Assembly (NCBI GenBank): GCA_963514005.1
Contig: OY740827.1
Location: 2,480,001-2,544,000, forward strand
From: Raja brachyura
Lineage: Eukaryota
DNA: 64,000 bases
Direction of reading: 5' to 3'
The position numbers and the translations under genes are program-made. The notes under the pieces are model-generated. The model searched no databases. It was not told the DNA's origin and saw only the letters and a list, made by a program, of their open reading frames with translations. Each line of letters begins with the position of its first letter. The first letter of the stretch is position 1. Shown here in pieces: positions 1 to 10,897 of the stretch.

Positions 1-1122
1 CTGGATTATCTTCGGGATATTGGAAGATAGTCCTGAATTAAATGTGTTTCAAAAGACTCTATTTGAATATAGCTTAATAACTGGAAAAAAGCTAATCTTA
101 AAATTCTGAAAAAGTACTCCTATACCAACAGTTAATATGTGGATTTCAACCATGTTCGAAATACTACACTTGGAAGATATGACACTCCGACTAGCAGGAA
201 AATCAGACTCTTTCTATAAGACGTGGTCTGCATTTATAAATCTATTACAAGGATAAGGTGCATGAATACCTCAAAAAAGTACCGGCGTCGGGTCTTGGTA
301 AAGGGGGAAGAAAAACTGTCGAGTTGGTAGATTCCTTTTGCAAGAATAGTTTGGTGACTACTGGACAGTTGACGGCACGGTTAAGACGGCACCCGGGAAA
401 GGCTGGGTTAGCACCCCAGTCTTTGTCTTTCGTGAGAAAGACACCCAACAAAGCTACGGAAAGGCCTAATGAACCATCGTGGCCTAAACATTCATCAGGC
501 GAGAATGAAATGCTCGGAGAAGGAGAAAGAGGTGCAGCGAGCGCACAGGCCTTGAACCTGGTGAGACGCAGGAGGAGCCCGGCCGGGAGTCACCCCACAG
601 AGCCCAGTCCCTCCATGCACTAGAGTCTCCCAACCCCTGCAGAGTAGTTATTAAGATGGCTGATCCGTGGGCGGTTGCTGCTGGGACGCAAGTCGGGGCC
701 TGATCAACCCCAGCTGGGTCGCCTGGGCGAGGGTGTCTGATGTTGTGAGACCCGAAACACCCGATGACCCCAGGTCACATCACTGAGGATGCGTCCCAGC
801 GCATCTAGAAGATGTATATTTTACACATTTGGCGAGATAATTGGCTTTCCTTTTTTCTTTCTCTTTCTTTCCCTTTTTCATTTTTTTTCCTCTCCAGGGT
901 CTATCTCTTAATCTCCGGTCTCTAACTCTTCAAGGGTTTCCTTTCCCTCTGTCACGCTTTTGCACTTTCACATCTCTTTTTCACTCTTCCACCTTCTTTG
1001 CTGTAATTTCTCTCTTTTCTAAAGCCTTAAAAAAATTAAGGGGTACAATGACTGTAATACAATATAAGGGATGTACACTGATGTAACTTACGGTACCTCT
1101 AATAAATGAAGATATTAAAAAA
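1..1122 (+). mobile_element. L1-clade LINE 3' fragment (ORF2 C-terminus, 3' UTR, poly-A), interrupted by another element
   Basis: 1-245 resembles the ORF2 end at 20160-20416 (ataactggaaaaaagctaatcttaaaattctg). A pyrimidine-rich UTR follows at 840-1020, then AATAAA at about 1101 and an A-run. Confidence 0.7.
270..820 (+). mobile_element. Internally deleted non-autonomous HERO-like element
   Basis: 700-795 shares motifs (ctgatcaacc, gagggtgtct, aaacaccc, actga.gatg.gtc) with the reverse complement of the HERO 3' UTR at 8230-8332. No RT is present. Confidence 0.5.
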
Positions 1123-1159
1123 AAGGATATACATGTGTTTAGCTGGACAAGGGCTGCTT

Positions 1160-1890
1160 TGGGATGGTCAACATGGTTTTGTATATGGGAGGTTGTGTCA
1201 AAAAAGTTCAAAGAGGGCAGAGCTGTAGACGTATTTAAGGATTTCAGTAAGGCGTCCAACAAGGTTCCGCATGGTAGGCTGCTCTGGAAGGTTAGCTTGC
1301 ATGGGATCCAAGGAGATCATTAGCATAAAATCATACATGATAGGAGCAGAATTCGGTCATTCGGCCCATCCAGTCTACTCCACCATTCAATCATGGCTGT
1401 TCTATCTCTCCCTCCTAACTCCATTCTACTGCCTTCTTCCCATACCCTTCGACACCCATATTAATCAGGAATCAATCTATCTCTTCTTTAAATATATCCA
1501 CTGACTTGGCCTCCACAGCCTCCTGTGGCAGAGACCGATGGATGGATAGAAAATAGACACAAAGTGCTGGAGTAACTCAGCGGGGCAGGCAGCATCTCTG
1601 GAGAGAAGAAATGGGTGACGTTTCGGGTCGAGAAAATCGGCTTCATGGAAGGAAGCAGAGCGTGATGGTGGAAGGTTGTTTATCGGACTGGCGGCCTGTG
1701 ACTAGTGGCGTGCCTCGGGGTTCGGTGCTGGGCCCATTGCAGTTTGTCACCTGTATCAATGATTTGACTGAGAATGTACACAGCAAGCTTGCAGACGACA
1801 CAAAAGTTGGTGAAGATGGTTGGCAAAAAATTGCAGCAGGATCTTGATCAGTTGAGATGGGCTGAGTAATGGTTGATGGAATTTAATCCC
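1160..1890 (+). mobile_element. CR1-clade LINE RT fragments (interrupted)
   Basis: Translations DFSKA.KVPHGRLLWK and [30 protein letters not shown]. Confidence 0.8.
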
Positions 1891-2064
1891 AAGAGGATTG
1901 GAGAAGGTTACATGGTCAAATAGAAACAAGGCTGCAAACTGAAACATCCAGCAATGTTAACTGGAAGGAACCAGAGGGGTGAGATCTGATTTAAAGCAGT
2001 AGTGTCAGGTGGACACGGGTTTATGGAGAATGGGTAAAAGGAGCCAGGAGAATGTTGTGATGTG

Positions 2065-2745
2065 TAGGAAGGAACTGCTGATACTGATTTAAACCGATGA
2101 TAGACACAAAATGCTGGAGTAACTCAGCAGGACAGGCAGCATCTCTGGAGAGAGGGAATGGGCGACGTTTCGGGTCGAAACCCTTCTTCAGACTGATGTC
2201 AGGGGAGAGGGTGTGACAGAGATAGAATGTTGTCAGAGACAGCAAGACTGGTGGGAGAACTGGTACGGAGAGAGGGAAAGCAAGGGCTATCTCAAGTTGG
2301 AGAAGTCAATGTTTATACCGCGGCTGTGTAATTGTTTTGGAAGGAACTGCAGATGCTGTTTTAAACCGAAGATAGACACAAAAAGCTGGAGTAACTCAGC
2401 GGGAGGAACAGCATCCCTGGACAGAAAGAATGGGTAACGTTTCAGGTCGAGACCGTTCTTCAGACTGAAAGTCACGGGAAAGGGAAACGAGAGATATAAA
2501 CGGTGATGTAGAGAGAGAGATACAGAGCAATGAATGAAAAATATGCAAAAAAGTAACGATAAAGGAAACAGGCCATTGTTTACTGTTTGTTGGGTGAAAA
2601 CGAAAAGCTGGTGCGACGGGTGGGGGAGGGATGGAGAGAGAGGGAATGCCGGGGTTAACTGACATGAGAGAAATCAATATACATATCACTGGACTGTAAG
2701 CTGCCCAAACGAAATATAAAATGCTGTTCCTCCAATTTGCATTTT
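2065..2745 (-). mobile_element. Penelope-like element remnants (GIY-YIG C-terminus and tandem pseudo-LTRs with hammerhead-like cores)
   Basis: Minus strand encodes KLEEQHFIFRLGSLQSSDMYIDFS and carries CTGAAGAAGGGTTTCGACCCGAAACGTC at about 2164-2191. Confidence 0.7.
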
Positions 2746-3854
2746 GACAGTTCAGTTTTGGTCACCCTGCTACAGCAAATATGCCGGTAAGGTGGAAAGA
2801 GTGCAGAGAAGATTTTCAAGGGTGCTACTAGGACTTCAGGGATTGAGCAATAGGGAGAGGTTGGGCAGGCACAAACTGTATTCCTCAGAGCACAGGAGGC
2901 TGAGGGGTGGGTGATCTTATAGTGGTGAATATAATCATCAGAAGAATAGATAGCGTGAATGCACAGTCGTTCTTTTCCCAAGGATTTGGTAATCGAGAAC
3001 AAGAAGGCAGAGGGGAATGATTTAATAGGAATCTGAGGGGCAACTTTTTCACACAAAGTGTGGTTGGTATCTGGGAACGAACTGCCAGAGGTTGTAGTTG
3101 GTACAATAACAGCATTTGGACAGATACACAGATAGGAAAGGTTCAGAGAGATATGGGCAAAATGGGACTTATTTAGATGGGACGAGTTGGGCCAAATGGC
3201 CTGTTTCCGTGCTGTACCAATGCACAATTCTGAAACGATGAAGGGTTAGAATGGAATGGATGTGGGGAAGAGCAGAAGTTGAGGCCATCATCAGTAAACA
3301 GCCGTTGGGACCTCAGAGGGACATGGCTTTGCTCAGAGAGAGGTGAGTGGTGGACTTCACTGCCCTCAGGGTGGGTTGAGGCCACAGTAGAAGTAGATTT
3401 AGAGGGAGGTAGGACATTCTGATAAATGAGAAAAGTAGGGTCAGCAGGGCAAGATGGGTCAAATAGCCTGTTTGCATTCTGTAATTCCAGTGTAATCCAA
3501 TGGAGTGATGCATGCTGGAGAATCTCTGTCGCTGCTCGGTCTGGGCTGGAGTTGGGGTTAAGTTATGGTGACTGTTTCTCAGAGCTGGGCTCTCACTGAC
3601 TCCTCTCTCTACCCCTCAGTACATGGCTCGGAAAGGACTTGGAAATGCGTTGCAGCCATGATCGTTCTTGCCGTCATCCTTGCTGCCTCCGTCATCATCA
3701 CCGCAATCTTCTGGGCAACACGTTGTCGCAACAAATGAGGTGCGAGATGATCTGGAAGCTGTCCGAATGTCTTCACTGCCATTTACTGACAGGGCAGATT
3801 GCCCAATATCCTGGACTTGATATTTTTCCTCATCCACATCAGCAAAAACTAATA

Positions 3855-4672
3855 AGTAAAGTCAAAGTATTCTTTATTGTCATTCAGACTTTTCAGTCTG
3901 AATGAAATTTCGTGCCTTGCAGTCATAACATAGAATAAAATACCAAAACACACAATAAACACAGATTTAACATCCACCACAGTGAGTCTATCAGGCACCT
4001 CCTCACTGTGATGGAAGGCAAAAGTCTTAAAGTCCATGTCTCTTCCCTCCTTGTTCTCCCTCTGCGTTGAGGCGATCCAGGCCTCTGATGTTGTGACCCC
4101 GCCGGGTGATGGTAAACAAGTCCCGCGGCTGAATCCGAGCTCCGTGAACGGGCCGGTTCAAACTCCATGGCCCGGGGTGGTCGAACTGCCGCCCTCCAGT
4201 CCAACGGACAAAGCTGTTGTTGCGGGAGCTCCAGAAAAACAGGTCACCAACCTGGGACCTGTGAGCTCCCGACGTTGTCGTCCACTGGGCCCGCAGCTGA
4301 GACCACAGGGCCCGCGGCTGAAGCCTCCGAGGCTCCGAAGTCGGGCCGCTGCCGCCGCCGTAGCACCGCCACAGCCCCAAAGTCGGCCGGCCTTGCGTTG
4401 GTAAGCCCTGGCTCTGCCTCCGGAGCCTCGAGGTCGGTCCCGGTTGGAGGCCGCCAGCTCTGCCATTAGGCCTCAGCGCAGACAGAGACAGGGGATACGA
4501 CAATAAAAGGTCGCATCCCCCCCCGAAGGAAAAGACTAAAAACAAGTTTCTCCCACCCCCACACACACACATACACAATTAAAATAAACTGAAATAGCAG
4601 GACAAATGAAAACAAATAAAGAAAAGACAAACAGACTGCAGGCGAGACGCAGCTGCAGGGCAGCGCCACCAC
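3855..4672 (-). mobile_element. Non-autonomous retroelement (SINE-like), GC-rich core, AATAAAG...(ACTTTG)n tail
   Basis: Same termini as the elements at 10898-12414 and 56762-58540. Absent from the equivalent site in copy B (about 48510). Confidence 0.7.
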
Positions 4673-5337
4673 TTGTGGAAGATTGTTCCCATCATCTGGG
4701 AACAATCTCAGTGCCGCTCCTAATCCCATTCACTCCCACTGTCCACACTCCCAATTGACCCATCTCCTCCCCATTCCCTCCCACCACTCACCATGGAGCA
4801 AGACTCTCTCCCACTCCCCACGCTGCCTATAGACCCAATCTCCTCCCCACTCTCTCCCCATGGATCCAACTGCCTCCCCCACATGTGACAATAAACTAAC
4901 TAAACTTTCCCCCATCCTAGTGTCGGGCAACAACCCCCACCCCCCACTCCTGCCCACTGAAGCTTTGCCTCCCAAATCACCGTCCCCACCCCGCCAACGT
5001 CTGCCCCAGGATACTGACCCCCCACCCACCCCCCTCCCCTCAGCACATTGTATCCGTACATCACACCCCACTTTTCCCACTGAGACTGGCCCCACCATGT
5101 CCATAGGTGATGGGAGTAGAATTAGCCCATTCGGCCCATCTAGTCTACTCCACCGTTCAATCATGGCTGTTCTATCTCTCTCTCCTAACCCCATTCTCCT
5201 GCCTTCTCCCCACAACCCCTGACACCCGCACTAATCAACAATCTATCTCTGCCATAAAAAAAATCCACTGACATGGCCTCCACAGCCGTCTGTGGCAATG
5301 AATCCCGCAGATTCACCACCCTCTGGTGAAAGAAATT

Positions 5338-6019
5338 GGTAGGTATGTGATAATTAGCATATGTAATTAGTGTCTTGTGATGTCTTGTGCAAGTACGCAT
5401 GTGCGGGGGAGACTCAAGATGGCGTCCTGGAATAAAGTAGCTTGCTAAATTACTCCCGTGTCCGAGCCTTATTTAAGTTTGTTCCAAGAACCCAAATACA
5501 CAACAATTGGCGACGAGGATAAAAGCACGAAGATAAGAACAAGGACAGCTAAGAAAAACGAAAACAAGTTTAAAAATATAAGTAGTATTTGGAAACAAAG
5601 TAAAATAGCACCAAGCCAAAAGATTTGGCGCCAAATGGTTTTGAATTGGCGCCAAAAAGAAAAAAAAGGTAGGAACGGGCAGCAATAGCTCAGGGAAGAG
5701 CGCAGGGAAGACAAGAAGTAAGGGTCACCAAGCACAGCTGGAAGCTAGGAGCGACGGTGTCAGCTTACCTGGAACGTTTTCCAGGACTGTGCAGCCCACG
5801 GCCAGCCCCAGTAGCAGCCACAGTTGTCAGGTGGGTGCCTAGTACCATGTAGGCCACGGACAGGTCCAGAGGAGCCACCGATGAAAGAGGTCTGCGTAGC
5901 CCACGGCCAGCCCCAGTAGCAGACACAGGCGTCGGGTGGGTGCCTAGTACCGTGTAGGCCACGGATAGGTCCAGAAAGGCCACCGACAAAAGCTGAGTCT
6001 TCAGCCCGGCCGGGAACAG
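5338..6019 (+). mobile_element. Gypsy-type LTR retrotransposon remnant (partial LTR, PBS, leader)
   Basis: AATAAA at about 5430, LTR-like end ...CAACA at 5505, then PBS-like TGGCGACGAGG (5508-5518). It interrupts a CR1 fragment that is uninterrupted in copy B (about 51130). Confidence 0.55.
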
Positions 6020-6344
6020 CCTCATTTTCTTCCTGAAGGAACGTCCTATAATGCTGAGGCTGTGGCCCTGGTCCTAGACTCTCCCATGAGTAGAAACATC
6101 CTCGGACCCCACTTCCCCGCTTTGTCCTGTTCCACATACTAAACATCACCGACCCTGTCCCAGCCCCACTCGCCCACGGCTAGAACCATATCCTATGCCT
6201 TCCACACCCTGACCGGGACCTGTACAGCGAGGTCAAGCCCTGTTAATGAGCCTCTGCTCAACCCCTCTCAGTGCGCACCCTCCACTCTGCCCACTTTCTC
6301 TGACGTTTCTCTCTGCCCACCTCTCTCTTTCCTTACTCTCTATA

Positions 6345-6555
6345 ATTAATCTCCCTCCCATTGACTCCATCTACACCTCACGCTGCCTCGGCAAGGCCAG
6401 CAGCATCATTAAGGACCAGTCTCACCCCGGCCACTCCCTCTTCTCCCCTCTCCCATTGGGTAAGAGGTACAGAAGTGTGAAAACGAACCCACACCTCCAG
6501 ATTCAGGGACAGTTTCTTCCCAGCTGTTATCAGGCAACTGAATCATCCTACCACA
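6345..6555 (+). mobile_element. Rex1/Babar-clade LINE 3' fragment (also 50320-50735, 52105-52310, 37385-37920 minus)
   Basis: Translation SIYTSRCLGKASSIIKDQSHPGHSLFSPLPLGKRYRSV...SRFRDSFFPAVIRQLN, typical of the Rex1-type RT C-terminus. Confidence 0.7.
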
Positions 6556-8551
6556 AGATTACCCATGAATCTGCCCATGGCTGTACTGCGTCTTTTTGGT
6601 CGAGTGGACTATCTTGCTCGCTATAGGATCTTTGCTCGTGATCACCGTATTTTATATGCCCCGCGAACCTGAGGGCTGACCCACACAGGGCGTTGTTTGA
6701 CACTTGCCCAACAACAGATATCGATTAACCCCATATATAACAGACATCTCCCTGAACCAATAATACAACAGCTCAACACATTGTATTCCTATCGGACTCC
6801 AGGGTGAAGTCAACTATTGGAACGTCCCCTGATTTACAGGGTTTCCAGACAAGGCTTAACACTTCATCCAATAAACATCCAGCAGAGTCAGAGTCTGCAA
6901 CATTATATATAACTTATTTACAAATGTATATCTAGTTTGCAACCACCCAATCCATTCTATGCATTTGGTATCAGATTGACAAGGCTTGCAGGTTCCCAAC
7001 CCTTTGGCATATAAATTGTATCAAGCTCCAGACTCTCTGGCACCTCTCGCAGCCTGTCCCAGCTCTGCAGAGATCATTGCCAATCTGACCAAATCTCCCA
7101 ACAAGCCCTGTAATTTAGCCCCATTTTAGAAGCCCTGACTGGTCCAATTTAGCCAGGATTAACATTCCTTGTAAATTGTCCCCAGCGAGTGTGGGATAGT
7201 GTGGGGATCGCTTGTCGGCGTGGACTCGGTGGGCCACAGAGGGCCTGTTTCCACGCTTAAAAAATTAAATGCTGCTAATGGTCTTGCCATTAACTCTACA
7301 CCCTCTCCTTGTGCCTTCAACCTCCCAACGTGCAACACCGCACCCTTGCTCGGATTAAACTCTGTCTGCCATTTCTCCGCCCCTTTCTGCATCTAATGTT
7401 CATCCCGCAGTATCTTCCGGCAGCTTCCTCACTGTCTGCAACTTCTCCAATCGTGGTGTCGTCTGCAAACCAACTCTGCCACAGATCGCCAGCATCTTCA
7501 CACATGCACTCTGACGGTGAGGGACATCGCCACCATGTGGTCCAGGACATTTTTGCCACTGTAAATAGAATAAAGCAAAGATCCTATAGCGGAGCAAGAT
7601 AGACCACTCCTGCTAAATGCAATGGGCTGACGTGTAGTACGCAAGACAACGGAGCGGAACGTGGACCTTTTTTGTTAATGATTAATATGTTAACAAATTA
7701 TGATTCTGTTAATTGTCTTTTTTAATGTTTTTTTTAAAAGCTTTTCTTTTTAAATGGCTCATGTGGTGTGTTTGAGTTTGAGTTGATTTTTGTATTACTC
7801 TTGCACTCTGTAATTCATCTAATCACAGTGTTCACAACTGCGGTATTTGGAAAATAATAGCAATATGAAGATTCCAGTTGCTCTACTCTTGAAATGTTCC
7901 TTAATGTTCAGTAATGTTCCTTAATGATTTTTTGTGTCCATGGAACTGTTTTTCAACAATAAAATGGGTCTGGTGTTCCCAATAGCCAGAGAATGAAATG
8001 AGATCAGTCTGTAATGGTGGGGTTATCTAAATGAAGTATTTAACAAAATAAAATTTGTTTTGAGCTAGATTAAAAAATGATGTATAACTGAAGGATGGTT
8101 TTATTCAGTGACCATACAACTGATTAGATTGTGTAGATTCATTAGTAGGACTGGATGTTACAATCCCGATGATTTTTCACTACAATTGGCATTCTTGGGG
8201 ATGACCACTAGGTGATTTTGCTACCAATCAGACACATCTTCAGTTGTGTACCTCAACATCACTGGGTGTTTTGGCCTTTTATCACAAGACACCCTCAGTC
8301 AAGGCAGGTCCACCACAGGTTGATCAGACCTGGGTGTGTGTCTTATGGCTAGCCTCTAGATGGTCACGTGGCAGCCCAGACAGCATCTTTTCTCTTCAGC
8401 CACAGCCAGTGACTGCTCCATTCGGCGACATTGGCAAGTTCCTTTATTGCCCTCCTTTGTGCCTGCCCTCTGACTCCTACTTCCCTCAGGAGCCTTGCGG
8501 TGGAACTGGCTACAAAGCCCCTGCACCCGACCTCCACTGGACACACCCTAA

Positions 8552-9116
8552 TGCCCCTGTCCCACTTAGGAAACTTGAACGGAAACCCCTGGAGACGTTG
8601 CGCCCCACGCAAGGTTTCCGTGAGGTTCCCGGAGGTTCCCGTGAGGTTCCCGGAGGTTTCGGTCACTCTCCATGAGTAACCAGAGGTTTTGGTCACTTGC
8701 CTGGAAAGCCTCGACTGATGCGTGAGCTGCATCTCCTGATCAAAGGTCCTACAGGATCTTTGCTACCGACCGCACACACACACACACAAACACATCACGA
8801 AGGTGGGGGCCAGGGACAGCGGAGGAGCGCTTTCTGCGCGATGAAGAGGAATGTAAACGGCTGCCACAGAGCACGGTAAGTCCTTCAGAGAGCGCGGGAG
8901 GGAGGGAGTGAAAGGGAAAGAAGGGGAGAGAGAAGGGGAGAGAAGGGGAAGAAATGGGGAGAGAGAAGGTGAGAGGTGAGAGAGAAGGGGAGAGAGAAGG
9001 GGAGAGAGAAGGGGAGAGAAGGGTGGAGAAGGGGAGAGAATGGGGGAGAAGGAGTGGAGACAGTTTTAAGAAGTTTAATAAAGTTAGCGGGCATTTTATC
9101 TTCCGGCGGATCTTCT
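8552..9116 (+). mobile_element. Non-autonomous DNA transposon fragment (Harbinger-like end) with purine-rich low-complexity tract; copy B about 54385-54980
   Basis: Starts TAA|TGCCCCTGTCCCACTTA and replaces the HERO zinc-knuckle/RLE region. Only one end is recognisable. Confidence 0.4.
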
Positions 9117-10897
9117 AGGTAGGTTTCATTGCTCCCAGGCCAAAGCCCCCTCGGCCTTGTTGGACATGGCCCACTATGTCCCGGTGTCGGAGGGCGGATT
9201 TTGCGTCCAGTTCCACTGCTGCTGGAGTCCATTTCTTCCCTGTTGCTAAGGTTGGAGCGACACCTCTTATTATTGGGTCCCGGGATTCTGTTAGTGTCAT
9301 GTCCAGCCTCACTTTGGCACACTTGTACTCTTCCACCAGGCTTGAGATTGGCAGTGAGAGGGCTCCATTCCCATAGAGCCCTATGCTGCTGAGGCATCTC
9401 GGTAGCCCATGCCACTTCCTCACTTGTGAGTTCACCAGTCTCTCCAGATTGTTCCCATGGGATAAAGTGACCTCGTAGATGGTAATTGGCCACATGAGTC
9501 AGGGCAGTAGACCAAATTGAAGGCACCAATGCTTCAGCTTCCCTGGGAGAGCAGTATTGTTGATTTGCTTGAGGCCACTGATTGTATCCTGCCTGAGTTG
9601 TTCCACCTGCTCTGCATCCTTGAGGTATGCGGTGTGCCATCGCCCGAGGCTTTTGACAGGCTTCTCCAGGACAGTTGGTATTGTCTCAATATTGATGCGG
9701 AACCTTTCGTCAGTGAGCCGGCCTTTGACGATGGGAATACTGCAGGATTTGCTGGGTTTAATCTCCATTGGTGCCCATTTGATGTTTTCCTGGAGTTTAT
9801 CCAGCAGGCGTTTGGTGCATGCTTTTGTTGTTGTTATTGTGGTCATGTTATCCATGTACGCCCTGATTGGAGGAAGACGCAGCCCACTCTTTAAGCGTTC
9901 ACCTCCAACCACCCATCGTGATGCTCGAATGATGAGCTCCATTGCCATGGTGAAAACCAGAGGAGAAATGGTACAGCCTGCCATTATGCCTACCTCAAGG
10001 TGCTGCCAGGCGGTGGTGTTGTCCTGTGTTGTGACGCAGAACTGGAGGTCCTGGAAGTAAGCTTTTACCAGCTTTGTGATGACCTCTGTGACCTGGAAGA
10101 AATTAAAAGCTGCCGAAAGAGTCTCATGGGGCACCGAGCGAAAGGCATTGGCTAGATCTAAGAAAACCACATGCAAATCTCTCTTTTCCTTCTTGGCAGT
10201 TTGTATCTGGTGCCAGATGACGTTTGCATGTTCCAGACATCCTGAGAAACCACGTACCCCTGCTTTCTGCACTGACGTGTCAATGAAGTTGTTGCTCTGC
10301 AAAAATGCTGAGAGTCTTTGGGCCACAACACCAAAGAAGATCTTTCCTTCCACGTTCAGAAGGCTGATCTGGGGGAATTGGCTAATGGTTGAGGAGTTCT
10401 TTTCTTTGGGAATTATGATCCCTCCTGCCCTTCGCCATGCCTTAGGTATGATTGCTTTCCCCCATTAACTTCCAAAGGTATTTCATGGCACCAAGGGTGT
10501 TCTTATAGAACCTGTATGGAATGCCATTGGGCCCTGGGGCTGATGCTGTTCTTGCCCGTTTGACTGTGTTCTCCACCTCCTTCCATGTAGGAGGCCTTAT
10601 GTCCATCTGGTGCTCAGGTGGGTGCATAGGTAGCATATCATCTGGAATGGTGACTGGCACATGCCTCCGGTTGTCAGAATACATCTTTGACAGGTGCTCA
10701 TCCAGTTCCCTTACAGGTATTCTCAGTATACCGCTCTTCTCCTTGACAAAGAGGCTTTTGACAAACTTATACGGATCGCTGTCGAAACTTGTCCTCGCCC
10801 GTTCTTTCTTCTTGTGTTGCTTTCTCAGGCATTCTGCTCTTCGCAGGATTGCCAGGCACAGCTTTATTTCTGCCTGCAGTGCCTCGAGTCCTTTCCT

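Larger units (their letters stand above)
3620..6246 (+). pseudogene. 3' end of an upstream paralog of the same receptor (TM exon 3620..3739 and remnant of last exon 6211..6246)
   Basis: The TM exon LHGSERTWKCVAAMIVLAVILAASVIITAIFWATRCRNK ends in TGA (3736-3738; GGA in the other copy). I found no ESPYQ exon. The last exon survives only as GACCGGGACCTGTACAGCGAGGTCAAGCCCTGTTAA (DRDLYSEVKPC*) without its acceptor. Confidence 0.8.

Noticed and set aside
730-765. Hammerhead ribozyme in CTGATG...GAAAC of the HERO-like 3' UTR
   Set aside because: The core is CTGATGT rather than CUGANGA, only one closing helix is present, and the homologous site near 8280 lacks the motif.
6640-7160. Possible retroviral env or additional exon (also 52400-52920)
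   Set aside because: Non-repetitive-looking, but with stops in the plausible frames and no motif I can recognise with confidence.
6606-7605. Inverted pair CTATCTTGCTC(C)GCTATAGGATCTTTG / CAAAGATCCTATAGCGGAGCAAGATAG as TIRs of one element
   Set aside because: Best read as opposite ends of two separate DNA-transposon fragments, with unrelated sequence between them and no TSD.
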